A stretch of DNA of 64,000 nucleotides, taken from assembly GCA_001643675.2 (NCBI GenBank), contig LSRY02000077.1:34983-98982 (forward strand). The letters are read 5' to 3'. This DNA comes from Monocercomonoides exilis PA203. Lineage: Eukaryota > Protista > Preaxostyla. How positions within the stretch are numbered: position 1 is the stretch's first letter; every line of letters starts with the position of its first letter. Under the pieces are notes generated by a model that searched no databases, was not told the DNA's origin, and worked only from the letters and a program-made list of their open reading frames with translations. The position numbers were made by a program, and so were the translations under genes. Of the stretch, positions 46,474-57,893 are shown in pieces.

Positions 46474-47418
46474 ATGTCACAAATTGAAAACTTCAGAAGC
46501 AGAGCATATTGTTTCACGTTAAACAATTATACAAACGATGAATTTGAACACATAAAGCACATAGACTGCAGATATTTAGTTGTTGGCGAAGAAGTAGGCG
46601 CAATGGGTACACCGCATTTACAAGGTTACGTTCATTTTAAAAATCAGAAGTCCTTTCATACCGTAAAGCTAATGATAAGCGAAAGGTGTCACTTAGAAGC
46701 TGCCAAGGGATCCCCAGATGACAATCGGAAGTATTGCACCAAAGAAAATAAATTCTTTGAAAAAGGAGAGTTACCACAGCAAGGTAAACGTTCAGATATT
46801 GATAAAGCAATATCAATGATTCAAGAAGGAAAATCAATCACAGAAGTGGCCAAGGAAATGCCAAAGCAAATCGTACTGCACGGAAAAGGATTATCTCACT
46901 TAGCTAACATTCTACATGAAGAGCAGCAAGGAGACAGGACAGAAAGAAGGGAAAATTACTGGCTGTGGGGAAAAACAGGCTCAGGAAAAACTACTTACGT
47001 TAAAAATAAAGCAAAAGAATTGAAGGAATCATTAGGTTGGAGATGCTACTATTGGCCTGTATCTCCTGGGTTTTTCACTAACTACACTAATCAAGAAATC
47101 GCTGTATTCGACGACTTCGACCCCCATACCATGGACTTTAAAATGTTCTTAAAGATTACAGATCCTTGGTGTAATCCAGCTATAAACACCAAAGGAGATT
47201 CTGGTACTTTTACTTCAAACTTAGTTTTCTTCACCGCTACAGAACCCGCAGAAACAATATTAAAGGGATGCGTAGACACAGATGACCAAATGGGTCAGGT
47301 TTCTAGAAGAATTAAAAATATTCATGTTCCTAACGATTTACAAGAACCTAACCTAGACGATGAAACAGCACCTACTCAACCCGATAACGAATATGACCCT
47401 TTTATTAATCAACTTTAA
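46474..47418 (+). CDS. rep: Rep, copy 6
   Basis: Identical to copy 2. Confidence 0.97.
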   Translation: MSQIENFRSRAYCFTLNNYTNDEFEHIKHIDCRYLVVGEEVGAMGTPHLQGYVHFKNQKSFHTVKLMISERCHLEAAKGSPDDNRKYCTKENKFFEKGELPQQGKRSDIDKAISMIQEGKSITEVAKEMPKQIVLHGKGLSHLANILHEEQQGDRTERRENYWLWGKTGSGKTTYVKNKAKELKESLGWRCYYWPVSPGFFTNYTNQEIAVFDDFDPHTMDFKMFLKITDPWCNPAINTKGDSGTFTSNLVFFTATEPAETILKGCVDTDDQMGQVSRRIKNIHVPNDLQEPNLDDETAPTQPDNEYDPFINQL

Positions 47419-47515
47419 TTTTAAATTTTTATTTTAACTTCACTTTTAATATTTAATTCCCAATAGGGTGCAAAAATGCGTGAATTGATTTTTTTATAAT
47501 AATAATAAAAAAATA

Positions 47516-48712
47516 TTAATTATCATCATGTAAAATAGTAAAAGAAGAGGAGGGCCCAGGAGTAGAACCGGTAGCGCTACTTCCACCACGTGGTTCATTT
47601 CCGATTCCACCACTGACCTCCTCAGATTCCTTAACAATAGCATTAGGTCTAGTTCCCTGACTAGTAAAAATTGTTCCCACAGGTTCATATACACCAGTTT
47701 GTATATCTTCTAAAGGCATTCCATTAACATACCTAAAGTAATTAACTTGATCATATTTATAACTTAATGTACATTGAGCTGACTGAGATGCACTTTCAAA
47801 TAAATCATGAAATTTATCCTCAGCTCCAAATCCTCCTAAAATATAAATTGTATAATACCACCTATTTGGCTCCGTTTCTTGAGTCCATAACGTCTTCATA
47901 TTTGGATATATATTAAAATGAAATTGAGTTACCCAATTAGTATCAGCACTTATTCTAAGTAACTTATCCATAAATAATTGCGCATTAAGGTTAGCCAACC
48001 AAGTCCTTTTAAATCCTTTAACATAACCTGATGTTAAAAGATAGGGTCTCTTAAACATAGACCATACATTATTTCCCAAATCTAAATTTGAACCCCACTT
48101 CCTAAATATTATAACTCTAGCATAAGCATGTGACCACTTATTCATATCTTCATCAACATTAAATGGTGATACATTAAAAATAAAATTATAACTTATTTTA
48201 TATAAATTATAATTAGACTTCATATGTTGCACCAAACTAGGCATAGTACCATTAATATTAATATATGTAATAGAACCAGAAGGATAATTTAAACTACCAC
48301 CTGAACTCATTGTCATATTATACATATAAATCACTCCAGTTGCACCTTGTGTAGATCGATAGTCTATTGGTCTATTCTTATACAACCAATTAAAATATCT
48401 ACGTTTCCTTATTCTATATCTCCTACGTAATCTTCTACGTAAACGCCTTCCTCTTCTTCTCCTACGTCTTATTTTTATACCCGTTCCAGTTTGCTTTACC
48501 TGTTTCCAATTGGGAACTCTACCTTGTCCTGCTTTTCTTATAGTACTATATAACTTACGTCGATTATGCCATTGCCATAAAGCTGTGGCTGCTCCTCTAA
48601 TTAACCCTGACCCCCCTGCATATTTCACTAACCTAGCTGCAGGTCTAGCAATATTAGTAACATTTCTAGCTAAAGTAGCTGCTGTTGATGAATATGGCAA
48701 TATAGCTGCCAT
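47516..48712 (-). CDS. cap: Putative capsid protein, copy 6
   Basis: Identical translation. Confidence 0.85.
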   Translation of the reverse strand: MAAILPYSSTAATLARNVTNIARPAARLVKYAGGSGLIRGAATALWQWHNRRKLYSTIRKAGQGRVPNWKQVKQTGTGIKIRRRRRRGRRLRRRLRRRYRIRKRRYFNWLYKNRPIDYRSTQGATGVIYMYNMTMSSGGSLNYPSGSITYININGTMPSLVQHMKSNYNLYKISYNFIFNVSPFNVDEDMNKWSHAYARVIIFRKWGSNLDLGNNVWSMFKRPYLLTSGYVKGFKRTWLANLNAQLFMDKLLRISADTNWVTQFHFNIYPNMKTLWTQETEPNRWYYTIYILGGFGAEDKFHDLFESASQSAQCTLSYKYDQVNYFRYVNGMPLEDIQTGVYEPVGTIFTSQGTRPNAIVKESEEVSGGIGNEPRGGSSATGSTPGPSSSFTILHDDN

Positions 48713-48767
48713 AAAAAATGACGTGGAAAAAAAGGAATTTTATGATCAAAAATGAGACATATAAAAT

Positions 48768-49178
48768 TTAATTATGGTACACTATTTCTGGAACATAAAC
48801 CCTAGTATCCCAAATACCATTAAATAACATATATATTCGATGATGTTCCTTAAAAGCTGCATCAAATAACGGTTTAACCCTTTTATAAACCATCTTAAAC
48901 AAAGCTTGCCTCCTTCTATGAGCACTACCTACTCTTCTCAAAGCACGCGGCCTTTTCCTATTTCTAATAGTTAATATTCTCCACAATACATTAAATTCTT
49001 CAAGACATTTAGCTACAACTTCATTACATCGTTCCATATACCAATCGATATTCTCCATTTGCATCTTCCACGCACGCGTCCAACGAGGTGCCCACATAAC
49101 ATCTACATCTTCAATAAATGCCTTCCGAGAAAGTGGAATATCACCTAACCAATCATCATTATCGATATTAAACGCCAT
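48768..49178 (-). CDS. Viral ORF3, copy 6
   Basis: Identical translation. Confidence 0.8.
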   Translation of the reverse strand: MAFNIDNDDWLGDIPLSRKAFIEDVDVMWAPRWTRAWKMQMENIDWYMERCNEVVAKCLEEFNVLWRILTIRNRKRPRALRRVGSAHRRRQALFKMVYKRVKPLFDAAFKEHHRIYMLFNGIWDTRVYVPEIVYHN

Positions 49179-49328
49179 ATATAATATTTTTTGATCTGAC
49201 CCTTAATAATTTCCGACCTCTCAGAAGTCTCAGAAGTTGCCGATAGGTAATACTAAACTATCGGCAACTAATTATGGGTTCGGAAAAATTTTTGATCTGA
49301 CCCATAAAATAATATTTAATTTACCTGA

Positions 49329-50273
49329 ATGTCACAAATTGAAAACTTCAGAAGCAGAGCATATTGTTTCACGTTAAACAATTATACAAACGATGAATTT
49401 GAACACATAAAGCACATAGACTGCAGATATTTAGTTGTTGGCGAAGAAGTAGGCGCAATGGGTACACCGCATTTACAAGGTTACGTTCATTTTAAAAATC
49501 AGAAGTCCTTTCATACCGTAAAGCTAATGATAAGCGAAAGGTGTCACTTAGAAGCTGCCAAGGGATCCCCAGATGACAATCGGAAGTATTGCACCAAAGA
49601 AAATAAATTCTTTGAAAAAGGAGAGTTACCACAGCAAGGTAAACGTTCAGATATTGATAAAGCAATATCAATGATTCAAGAAGGAAAATCAATCACAGAA
49701 GTGGCCAAGGAAATGCCAAAGCAAATCGTACTGCACGGAAAAGGATTATCTCACTTAGCTAACATTCTACATGAAGAGCAGCAAGGAGACAGGACAGAAA
49801 GAAGGGAAAATTACTGGCTGTGGGGAAAAACAGGCTCAGGAAAAACTACTTACGTTAAAAATAAAGCAAAAGAATTGAAGGAATCATTAGGTTGGAGATG
49901 CTACTATTGGCCTGTATCTCCTGGGTTTTTCACTAACTACACTAATCAAGAAATCGCTGTATTCGACGACTTCGACCCCCATACCATGGACTTTAAAATG
50001 TTCTTAAAGATTACAGATCCTTGGTGTAATCCAGCTATAAACACCAAAGGAGATTCTGGTACTTTTACTTCAAACTTAGTTTTCTTCACCGCTACAGAAC
50101 CCGCAGAAACAATATTAAAGGGATGCGTAGACACAGATGACCAAATGGGTCAGGTTTCTAGAAGAATTAAAAATATTCATGTTCCTAACGATTTACAAGA
50201 ACCTAACCTAGACGATGAAACAGCACCTACTCAACCCGATAACGAATATGACCCTTTTATTAATCAACTTTAA
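49329..50273 (+). CDS. rep: Rep, copy 7
   Basis: Identical to copy 2. Confidence 0.97.
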   Translation: MSQIENFRSRAYCFTLNNYTNDEFEHIKHIDCRYLVVGEEVGAMGTPHLQGYVHFKNQKSFHTVKLMISERCHLEAAKGSPDDNRKYCTKENKFFEKGELPQQGKRSDIDKAISMIQEGKSITEVAKEMPKQIVLHGKGLSHLANILHEEQQGDRTERRENYWLWGKTGSGKTTYVKNKAKELKESLGWRCYYWPVSPGFFTNYTNQEIAVFDDFDPHTMDFKMFLKITDPWCNPAINTKGDSGTFTSNLVFFTATEPAETILKGCVDTDDQMGQVSRRIKNIHVPNDLQEPNLDDETAPTQPDNEYDPFINQL

Positions 50274-50371
50274 TTTTAAATTTTTATTTTAACTTCACTT
50301 TTAATATTTAATTCCCAATAGGGTGCAAAAATGCGTGAATTGATTTTTTTATAATAATAATAAAAAAAATA

Positions 50372-51568
50372 TTAATTATCATCATGTAAAATAGTAAAAG
50401 AAGAGGAGGGCCCAGGAGTAGAACCGGTAGCGCTACTTCCACCACGTGGTTCATTTCCGATTCCACCACTGACCTCCTCAGATTCCTTAACAATAGCATT
50501 AGGTCTAGTTCCCTGACTAGTAAAAATTGTTCCCACAGGTTCATATACACCAGTTTGTATATCTTCTAAAGGCATTCCATTAACATACCTAAAGTAATTA
50601 ACTTGATCATATTTATAACTTAATGTACATTGAGCTGACTGAGATGCACTTTCAAATAAATCATGAAATTTATCCTCAGCTCCAAATCCTCCTAAAATAT
50701 AAATTGTATAATACCACCTATTTGGCTCCGTTTCTTGAGTCCATAACGTCTTCATATTTGGATATATATTAAAATGAAATTGAGTTACCCAATTAGTATC
50801 AGCACTTATTCTAAGTAACTTATCCATAAATAATTGCGCATTAAGGTTAGCCAACCAAGTCCTTTTAAATCCTTTAACATAACCTGATGTTAAAAGATAG
50901 GGTCTCTTAAACATAGACCATACATTATTTCCCAAATCTAAATTTGAACCCCACTTCCTAAATATTATAACTCTAGCATAAGCATGTGACCACTTATTCA
51001 TATCTTCATCAACATTAAATGGTGATACATTAAAAATAAAATTATAACTTATTTTATATAAATTATAATTAGACTTCATATGTTGCACCAAACTAGGCAT
51101 AGTACCATTAATATTAATATATGTAATAGAACCAGAAGGATAATTTAAACTACCACCTGAACTCATTGTCATATTATACATATAAATCACTCCAGTTGCA
51201 CCTTGTGTAGATCGATAGTCTATTGGTCTATTCTTATACAACCAATTAAAATATCTACGTTTCCTTATTCTATATCTCCTACGTAATCTTCTACGTAAAC
51301 GCCTTCCTCTTCTTCTCCTACGTCTTATTTTTATACCCGTTCCAGTTTGCTTTACCTGTTTCCAATTGGGAACTCTACCTTGTCCTGCTTTTCTTATAGT
51401 ACTATATAACTTACGTCGATTATGCCATTGCCATAAAGCTGTGGCTGCTCCTCTAATTAACCCTGACCCCCCTGCATATTTCACTAACCTAGCTGCAGGT
51501 CTAGCAATATTAGTAACATTTCTAGCTAAAGTAGCTGCTGTTGATGAATATGGCAATATAGCTGCCAT
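50372..51568 (-). CDS. cap: Putative capsid protein, copy 7
   Basis: Identical translation. Confidence 0.85.
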   Translation of the reverse strand: MAAILPYSSTAATLARNVTNIARPAARLVKYAGGSGLIRGAATALWQWHNRRKLYSTIRKAGQGRVPNWKQVKQTGTGIKIRRRRRRGRRLRRRLRRRYRIRKRRYFNWLYKNRPIDYRSTQGATGVIYMYNMTMSSGGSLNYPSGSITYININGTMPSLVQHMKSNYNLYKISYNFIFNVSPFNVDEDMNKWSHAYARVIIFRKWGSNLDLGNNVWSMFKRPYLLTSGYVKGFKRTWLANLNAQLFMDKLLRISADTNWVTQFHFNIYPNMKTLWTQETEPNRWYYTIYILGGFGAEDKFHDLFESASQSAQCTLSYKYDQVNYFRYVNGMPLEDIQTGVYEPVGTIFTSQGTRPNAIVKESEEVSGGIGNEPRGGSSATGSTPGPSSSFTILHDDN

Positions 51569-51623
51569 AAAAAATGACGTGGAAAAAAAGGAATTTTATG
51601 ATCAAAAATGAGACATATAAAAT

Positions 51624-52034
51624 TTAATTATGGTACACTATTTCTGGAACATAAACCCTAGTATCCCAAATACCATTAAATAACATATATATTCGATGAT
51701 GTTCCTTAAAAGCTGCATCAAATAACGGTTTAACCCTTTTATAAACCATCTTAAACAAAGCTTGCCTCCTTCTATGAGCACTACCTACTCTTCTCAAAGC
51801 ACGCGGCCTTTTCCTATTTCTAATAGTTAATATTCTCCACAATACATTAAATTCTTCAAGACATTTAGCTACAACTTCATTACATCGTTCCATATACCAA
51901 TCGATATTCTCCATTTGCATCTTCCACGCACGCGTCCAACGAGGTGCCCACATAACATCTACATCTTCAATAAATGCCTTCCGAGAAAGTGGAATATCAC
52001 CTAACCAATCATCATTATCGATATTAAACGCCAT
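51624..52034 (-). CDS. Viral ORF3, copy 7
   Basis: Identical translation. Confidence 0.8.
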   Translation of the reverse strand: MAFNIDNDDWLGDIPLSRKAFIEDVDVMWAPRWTRAWKMQMENIDWYMERCNEVVAKCLEEFNVLWRILTIRNRKRPRALRRVGSAHRRRQALFKMVYKRVKPLFDAAFKEHHRIYMLFNGIWDTRVYVPEIVYHN

Positions 52035-52183
52035 ATATAATATTTTTTGATCTGACCCTTAATAATTTCCGACCTCTCAGAAGTCTCAGAAGTTGCCGAT
52101 AGGTAATACTAAACTATCGGCAACTAATTATGGGTTCGGAAAAATTTTGATCTGACCCATAAAATAATATTTAATTTACCTGA

Positions 52184-53128
52184 ATGTCACAAATTGAAAA
52201 CTTCAGAAGCAGAGCATATTGTTTCACGTTAAACAATTATACAAACGATGAATTTGAACACATAAAGCACATAGACTGCAGATATTTAGTTGTTGGCGAA
52301 GAAGTAGGCGCAATGGGTACACCGCATTTACAAGGTTACGTTCATTTTAAAAATCAGAAGTCCTTTCATACCGTAAAGCTAATGATAAGCGAAAGGTGTC
52401 ACTTAGAAGCTGCCAAGGGATCCCCAGATGACAATCGGAAGTATTGCACCAAAGAAAATAAATTCTTTGAAAAAGGAGAGTTACCACAGCAAGGTAAACG
52501 TTCAGATATTGATAAAGCAATATCAATGATTCAAGAAGGAAAATCAATCACAGAAGTGGCCAAGGAAATGCCAAAGCAAATCGTACTGCACGGAAAAGGA
52601 TTATCTCACTTAGCTAACATTCTACATGAAGAGCAGCAAGGAGACAGGACAGAAAGAAGGGAAAATTACTGGCTGTGGGGAAAAACAGGCTCAGGAAAAA
52701 CTACTTACGTTAAAAATAAAGCAAAAGAATTGAAGGAATCATTAGGTTGGAGATGCTACTATTGGCCTGTATCTCCTGGGTTTTTCACTAACTACACTAA
52801 TCAAGAAATCGCTGTATTCGACGACTTCGACCCCCATACCATGGACTTTAAAATGTTCTTAAAGATTACAGATCCTTGGTGTAATCCAGCTATAAACACC
52901 AAAGGAGATTCTGGTACTTTTACTTCAAACTTAGTTTTCTTCACCGCTACAGAACCCGCAGAAACAATATTAAAGGGATGCGTAGACACAGATGACCAAA
53001 TGGGTCAGGTTTCTAGAAGAATTAAAAATATTCATGTTCCTAACGATTTACAAGAACCTAACCTAGACGATGAAACAGCACCTACTCAACCCGATAACGA
53101 ATATGACCCTTTTATTAATCAACTTTAA
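52184..53128 (+). CDS. rep: Rep, copy 8
   Basis: Identical to copy 2. Confidence 0.97.
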   Translation: MSQIENFRSRAYCFTLNNYTNDEFEHIKHIDCRYLVVGEEVGAMGTPHLQGYVHFKNQKSFHTVKLMISERCHLEAAKGSPDDNRKYCTKENKFFEKGELPQQGKRSDIDKAISMIQEGKSITEVAKEMPKQIVLHGKGLSHLANILHEEQQGDRTERRENYWLWGKTGSGKTTYVKNKAKELKESLGWRCYYWPVSPGFFTNYTNQEIAVFDDFDPHTMDFKMFLKITDPWCNPAINTKGDSGTFTSNLVFFTATEPAETILKGCVDTDDQMGQVSRRIKNIHVPNDLQEPNLDDETAPTQPDNEYDPFINQL

Positions 53129-53227
53129 TTTTAAATTTTTATTTTAACTTCACTTTTAATATTTAATTCCCAATAGGGTGCAAAAATGCGTGAATTGATT
53201 TTTTTATAATAATAATAAAAAAAAATA

Positions 53228-54424
53228 TTAATTATCATCATGTAAAATAGTAAAAGAAGAGGAGGGCCCAGGAGTAGAACCGGTAGCGCTACTTCCACCA
53301 CGTGGTTCATTTCCGATTCCACCACTGACCTCCTCAGATTCCTTAACAATAGCATTAGGTCTAGTTCCCTGACTAGTAAAAATTGTTCCCACAGGTTCAT
53401 ATACACCAGTTTGTATATCTTCTAAAGGCATTCCATTAACATACCTAAAGTAATTAACTTGATCATATTTATAACTTAATGTACATTGAGCTGACTGAGA
53501 TGCACTTTCAAATAAATCATGAAATTTATCCTCAGCTCCAAATCCTCCTAAAATATAAATTGTATAATACCACCTATTTGGCTCCGTTTCTTGAGTCCAT
53601 AACGTCTTCATATTTGGATATATATTAAAATGAAATTGAGTTACCCAATTAGTATCAGCACTTATTCTAAGTAACTTATCCATAAATAATTGCGCATTAA
53701 GGTTAGCCAACCAAGTCCTTTTAAATCCTTTAACATAACCTGATGTTAAAAGATAGGGTCTCTTAAACATAGACCATACATTATTTCCCAAATCTAAATT
53801 TGAACCCCACTTCCTAAATATTATAACTCTAGCATAAGCATGTGACCACTTATTCATATCTTCATCAACATTAAATGGTGATACATTAAAAATAAAATTA
53901 TAACTTATTTTATATAAATTATAATTAGACTTCATATGTTGCACCAAACTAGGCATAGTACCATTAATATTAATATATGTAATAGAACCAGAAGGATAAT
54001 TTAAACTACCACCTGAACTCATTGTCATATTATACATATAAATCACTCCAGTTGCACCTTGTGTAGATCGATAGTCTATTGGTCTATTCTTATACAACCA
54101 ATTAAAATATCTACGTTTCCTTATTCTATATCTCCTACGTAATCTTCTACGTAAACGCCTTCCTCTTCTTCTCCTACGTCTTATTTTTATACCCGTTCCA
54201 GTTTGCTTTACCTGTTTCCAATTGGGAACTCTACCTTGTCCTGCTTTTCTTATAGTACTATATAACTTACGTCGATTATGCCATTGCCATAAAGCTGTGG
54301 CTGCTCCTCTAATTAACCCTGACCCCCCTGCATATTTCACTAACCTAGCTGCAGGTCTAGCAATATTAGTAACATTTCTAGCTAAAGTAGCTGCTGTTGA
54401 TGAATATGGCAATATAGCTGCCAT
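53228..54424 (-). CDS. cap: Putative capsid protein, copy 8
   Basis: Identical translation from the ATG at 54424. Confidence 0.85.
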   Translation of the reverse strand: MAAILPYSSTAATLARNVTNIARPAARLVKYAGGSGLIRGAATALWQWHNRRKLYSTIRKAGQGRVPNWKQVKQTGTGIKIRRRRRRGRRLRRRLRRRYRIRKRRYFNWLYKNRPIDYRSTQGATGVIYMYNMTMSSGGSLNYPSGSITYININGTMPSLVQHMKSNYNLYKISYNFIFNVSPFNVDEDMNKWSHAYARVIIFRKWGSNLDLGNNVWSMFKRPYLLTSGYVKGFKRTWLANLNAQLFMDKLLRISADTNWVTQFHFNIYPNMKTLWTQETEPNRWYYTIYILGGFGAEDKFHDLFESASQSAQCTLSYKYDQVNYFRYVNGMPLEDIQTGVYEPVGTIFTSQGTRPNAIVKESEEVSGGIGNEPRGGSSATGSTPGPSSSFTILHDDN

Positions 54425-54478
54425 AAAAAATGACGTGGAAAAAAGGAATTTTATGATCAAAAATGAGACATATAAAAT

Positions 54479-54889
54479 TTAATTATGGTACACTATTTCT
54501 GGAACATAAACCCTAGTATCCCAAATACCATTAAATAACATATATATTCGATGATGTTCCTTAAAAGCTGCATCAAATAACGGTTTAACCCTTTTATAAA
54601 CCATCTTAAACAAAGCTTGCCTCCTTCTATGAGCACTACCTACTCTTCTCAAAGCACGCGGCCTTTTCCTATTTCTAATAGTTAATATTCTCCACAATAC
54701 ATTAAATTCTTCAAGACATTTAGCTACAACTTCATTACATCGTTCCATATACCAATCGATATTCTCCATTTGCATCTTCCACGCACGCGTCCAACGAGGT
54801 GCCCACATAACATCTACATCTTCAATAAATGCCTTCCGAGAAAGTGGAATATCACCTAACCAATCATCATTATCGATATTAAACGCCAT
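54479..54889 (-). CDS. Viral ORF3, copy 8
   Basis: Identical translation. Confidence 0.8.
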   Translation of the reverse strand: MAFNIDNDDWLGDIPLSRKAFIEDVDVMWAPRWTRAWKMQMENIDWYMERCNEVVAKCLEEFNVLWRILTIRNRKRPRALRRVGSAHRRRQALFKMVYKRVKPLFDAAFKEHHRIYMLFNGIWDTRVYVPEIVYHN

Positions 54890-55037
54890 ATATAATATTT
54901 TTGATCTGACCCTTAATAATTTCCGACCTCTCAGAAGTCTCAGAAGTTGCCGATAGGTAATACTAAACTATCGGCAACTAATTATGGGTTCGGAAAAATT
55001 TTGATCTGACCCATAAAATAATATTTAATTTACCTGA

Positions 55038-55981
55038 ATGTCACAAATTGAAAACTTCAGAAGCAGAGCATATTGTTTCACGTTAAACAATTATACAAAC
55101 GATGAATTTGAACACATAAAGCACATAGACTGCAGATATTTAGTTGTTGGCGAAGAAGTAGGCGCAATGGGTACACCGCATTTACAAGGTTACGTTCATT
55201 TTAAAAATCAGAAGTCCTTTCATACCGTAAAGCTAATGATAAGCGAAAGGTGTCACTTAGAAGCTGCCAAGGGATCCCCAGATGACAATCGGAAGTATTG
55301 CACCAAAGAAAATAAATTCTTTGAAAAGGAGAGTTACCACAGCAAGGTAAACGTTCAGATATTGATAAAGCAATATCAATGATTCAAGAAGGAAAATCAA
55401 TCACAGAAGTGGCCAAGGAAATGCCAAAGCAAATCGTACTGCACGGAAAAGGATTATCTCACTTAGCTAACATTCTACATGAAGAGCAGCAAGGAGACAG
55501 GACAGAAAGAAGGGAAAATTACTGGCTGTGGGGAAAAACAGGCTCAGGAAAAACTACTTACGTTAAAAATAAAGCAAAAGAATTGAAGGAATCATTAGGT
55601 TGGAGATGCTACTATTGGCCTGTATCTCCTGGGTTTTTCACTAACTACACTAATCAAGAAATCGCTGTATTCGACGACTTCGACCCCCATACCATGGACT
55701 TTAAAATGTTCTTAAAGATTACAGATCCTTGGTGTAATCCAGCTATAAACACCAAAGGAGATTCTGGTACTTTTACTTCAAACTTAGTTTTCTTCACCGC
55801 TACAGAACCCGCAGAAACAATATTAAAGGGATGCGTAGACACAGATGACCAAATGGGTCAGGTTTCTAGAAGAATTAAAAATATTCATGTTCCTAACGAT
55901 TTACAAGAACCTAACCTAGACGATGAAACAGCACCTACTCAACCCGATAACGAATATGACCCTTTTATTAATCAACTTTAA
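55038..55981 (+). CDS. rep: Rep, copy 9 (apparent -1 frameshift in A-run 55324-55327)
   Basis: The run has 4 A versus 5 A in other copies. Two ORFs reconstitute Rep. Confidence 0.85.
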
Positions 55982-56080
55982 TTTTAAATTTTTATTTTAA
56001 CTTCACTTTTAATATTTAATTCCCAATAGGGTGCAAAAATGCGTGAATTGATTTTTTTATAATAATAATAAAAAAAAATA

Positions 56081-57277
56081 TTAATTATCATCATGTAAAA
56101 TAGTAAAAGAAGAGGAGGGCCCAGGAGTAGAACCGGTAGCGCTACTTCCACCACGTGGTTCATTTCCGATTCCACCACTGACCTCCTCAGATTCCTTAAC
56201 AATAGCATTAGGTCTAGTTCCCTGACTAGTAAAAATTGTTCCCACAGGTTCATATACACCAGTTTGTATATCTTCTAAAGGCATTCCATTAACATACCTA
56301 AAGTAATTAACTTGATCATATTTATAACTTAATGTACATTGAGCTGACTGAGATGCACTTTCAAATAAATCATGAAATTTATCCTCAGCTCCAAATCCTC
56401 CTAAAATATAAATTGTATAATACCACCTATTTGGCTCCGTTTCTTGAGTCCATAACGTCTTCATATTTGGATATATATTAAAATGAAATTGAGTTACCCA
56501 ATTAGTATCAGCACTTATTCTAAGTAACTTATCCATAAATAATTGCGCATTAAGGTTAGCCAACCAAGTCCTTTTAAATCCTTTAACATAACCTGATGTT
56601 AAAAGATAGGGTCTCTTAAACATAGACCATACATTATTTCCCAAATCTAAATTTGAACCCCACTTCCTAAATATTATAACTCTAGCATAAGCATGTGACC
56701 ACTTATTCATATCTTCATCAACATTAAATGGTGATACATTAAAAATAAAATTATAACTTATTTTATATAAATTATAATTAGACTTCATATGTTGCACCAA
56801 ACTAGGCATAGTACCATTAATATTAATATATGTAATAGAACCAGAAGGATAATTTAAACTACCACCTGAACTCATTGTCATATTATACATATAAATCACT
56901 CCAGTTGCACCTTGTGTAGATCGATAGTCTATTGGTCTATTCTTATACAACCAATTAAAATATCTACGTTTCCTTATTCTATATCTCCTACGTAATCTTC
57001 TACGTAAACGCCTTCCTCTTCTTCTCCTACGTCTTATTTTTATACCCGTTCCAGTTTGCTTTACCTGTTTCCAATTGGGAACTCTACCTTGTCCTGCTTT
57101 TCTTATAGTACTATATAACTTACGTCGATTATGCCATTGCCATAAAGCTGTGGCTGCTCCTCTAATTAACCCTGACCCCCCTGCATATTTCACTAACCTA
57201 GCTGCAGGTCTAGCAATATTAGTAACATTTCTAGCTAAAGTAGCTGCTGTTGATGAATATGGCAATATAGCTGCCAT
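56081..57277 (-). CDS. cap: Putative capsid protein, copy 9
   Basis: Identical translation. Confidence 0.85.
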   Translation of the reverse strand: MAAILPYSSTAATLARNVTNIARPAARLVKYAGGSGLIRGAATALWQWHNRRKLYSTIRKAGQGRVPNWKQVKQTGTGIKIRRRRRRGRRLRRRLRRRYRIRKRRYFNWLYKNRPIDYRSTQGATGVIYMYNMTMSSGGSLNYPSGSITYININGTMPSLVQHMKSNYNLYKISYNFIFNVSPFNVDEDMNKWSHAYARVIIFRKWGSNLDLGNNVWSMFKRPYLLTSGYVKGFKRTWLANLNAQLFMDKLLRISADTNWVTQFHFNIYPNMKTLWTQETEPNRWYYTIYILGGFGAEDKFHDLFESASQSAQCTLSYKYDQVNYFRYVNGMPLEDIQTGVYEPVGTIFTSQGTRPNAIVKESEEVSGGIGNEPRGGSSATGSTPGPSSSFTILHDDN

Positions 57278-57332
57278 AAAAAATGACGTGGAAAAAAAGG
57301 AATTTTATGATCAAAAATGAGACATATAAAAT

Positions 57333-57743
57333 TTAATTATGGTACACTATTTCTGGAACATAAACCCTAGTATCCCAAATACCATTAAATAACATATATA
57401 TTCGATGATGTTCCTTAAAAGCTGCATCAAATAACGGTTTAACCCTTTTATAAACCATCTTAAACAAAGCTTGCCTCCTTCTATGAGCACTACCTACTCT
57501 TCTCAAAGCACGCGGCCTTTTCCTATTTCTAATAGTTAATATTCTCCACAATACATTAAATTCTTCAAGACATTTAGCTACAACTTCATTACATCGTTCC
57601 ATATACCAATCGATATTCTCCATTTGCATCTTCCACGCACGCGTCCAACGAGGTGCCCACATAACATCTACATCTTCAATAAATGCCTTCCGAGAAAGTG
57701 GAATATCACCTAACCAATCATCATTATCGATATTAAACGCCAT
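57333..57743 (-). CDS. Viral ORF3, copy 9
   Basis: Identical translation. Confidence 0.8.
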   Translation of the reverse strand: MAFNIDNDDWLGDIPLSRKAFIEDVDVMWAPRWTRAWKMQMENIDWYMERCNEVVAKCLEEFNVLWRILTIRNRKRPRALRRVGSAHRRRQALFKMVYKRVKPLFDAAFKEHHRIYMLFNGIWDTRVYVPEIVYHN

Positions 57744-57893
57744 ATATAATATTTTTTGATCTGACCCTTAATAATTTCCGACCTCTCAGAAGTCTCAGAA
57801 GTTGCCGATAGGTAATACTAAACTATCGGCAACTAATTATGGGTTCGGAAAAATTTTTGATCTGACCCATAAAATAATATTTAATTTACCTGA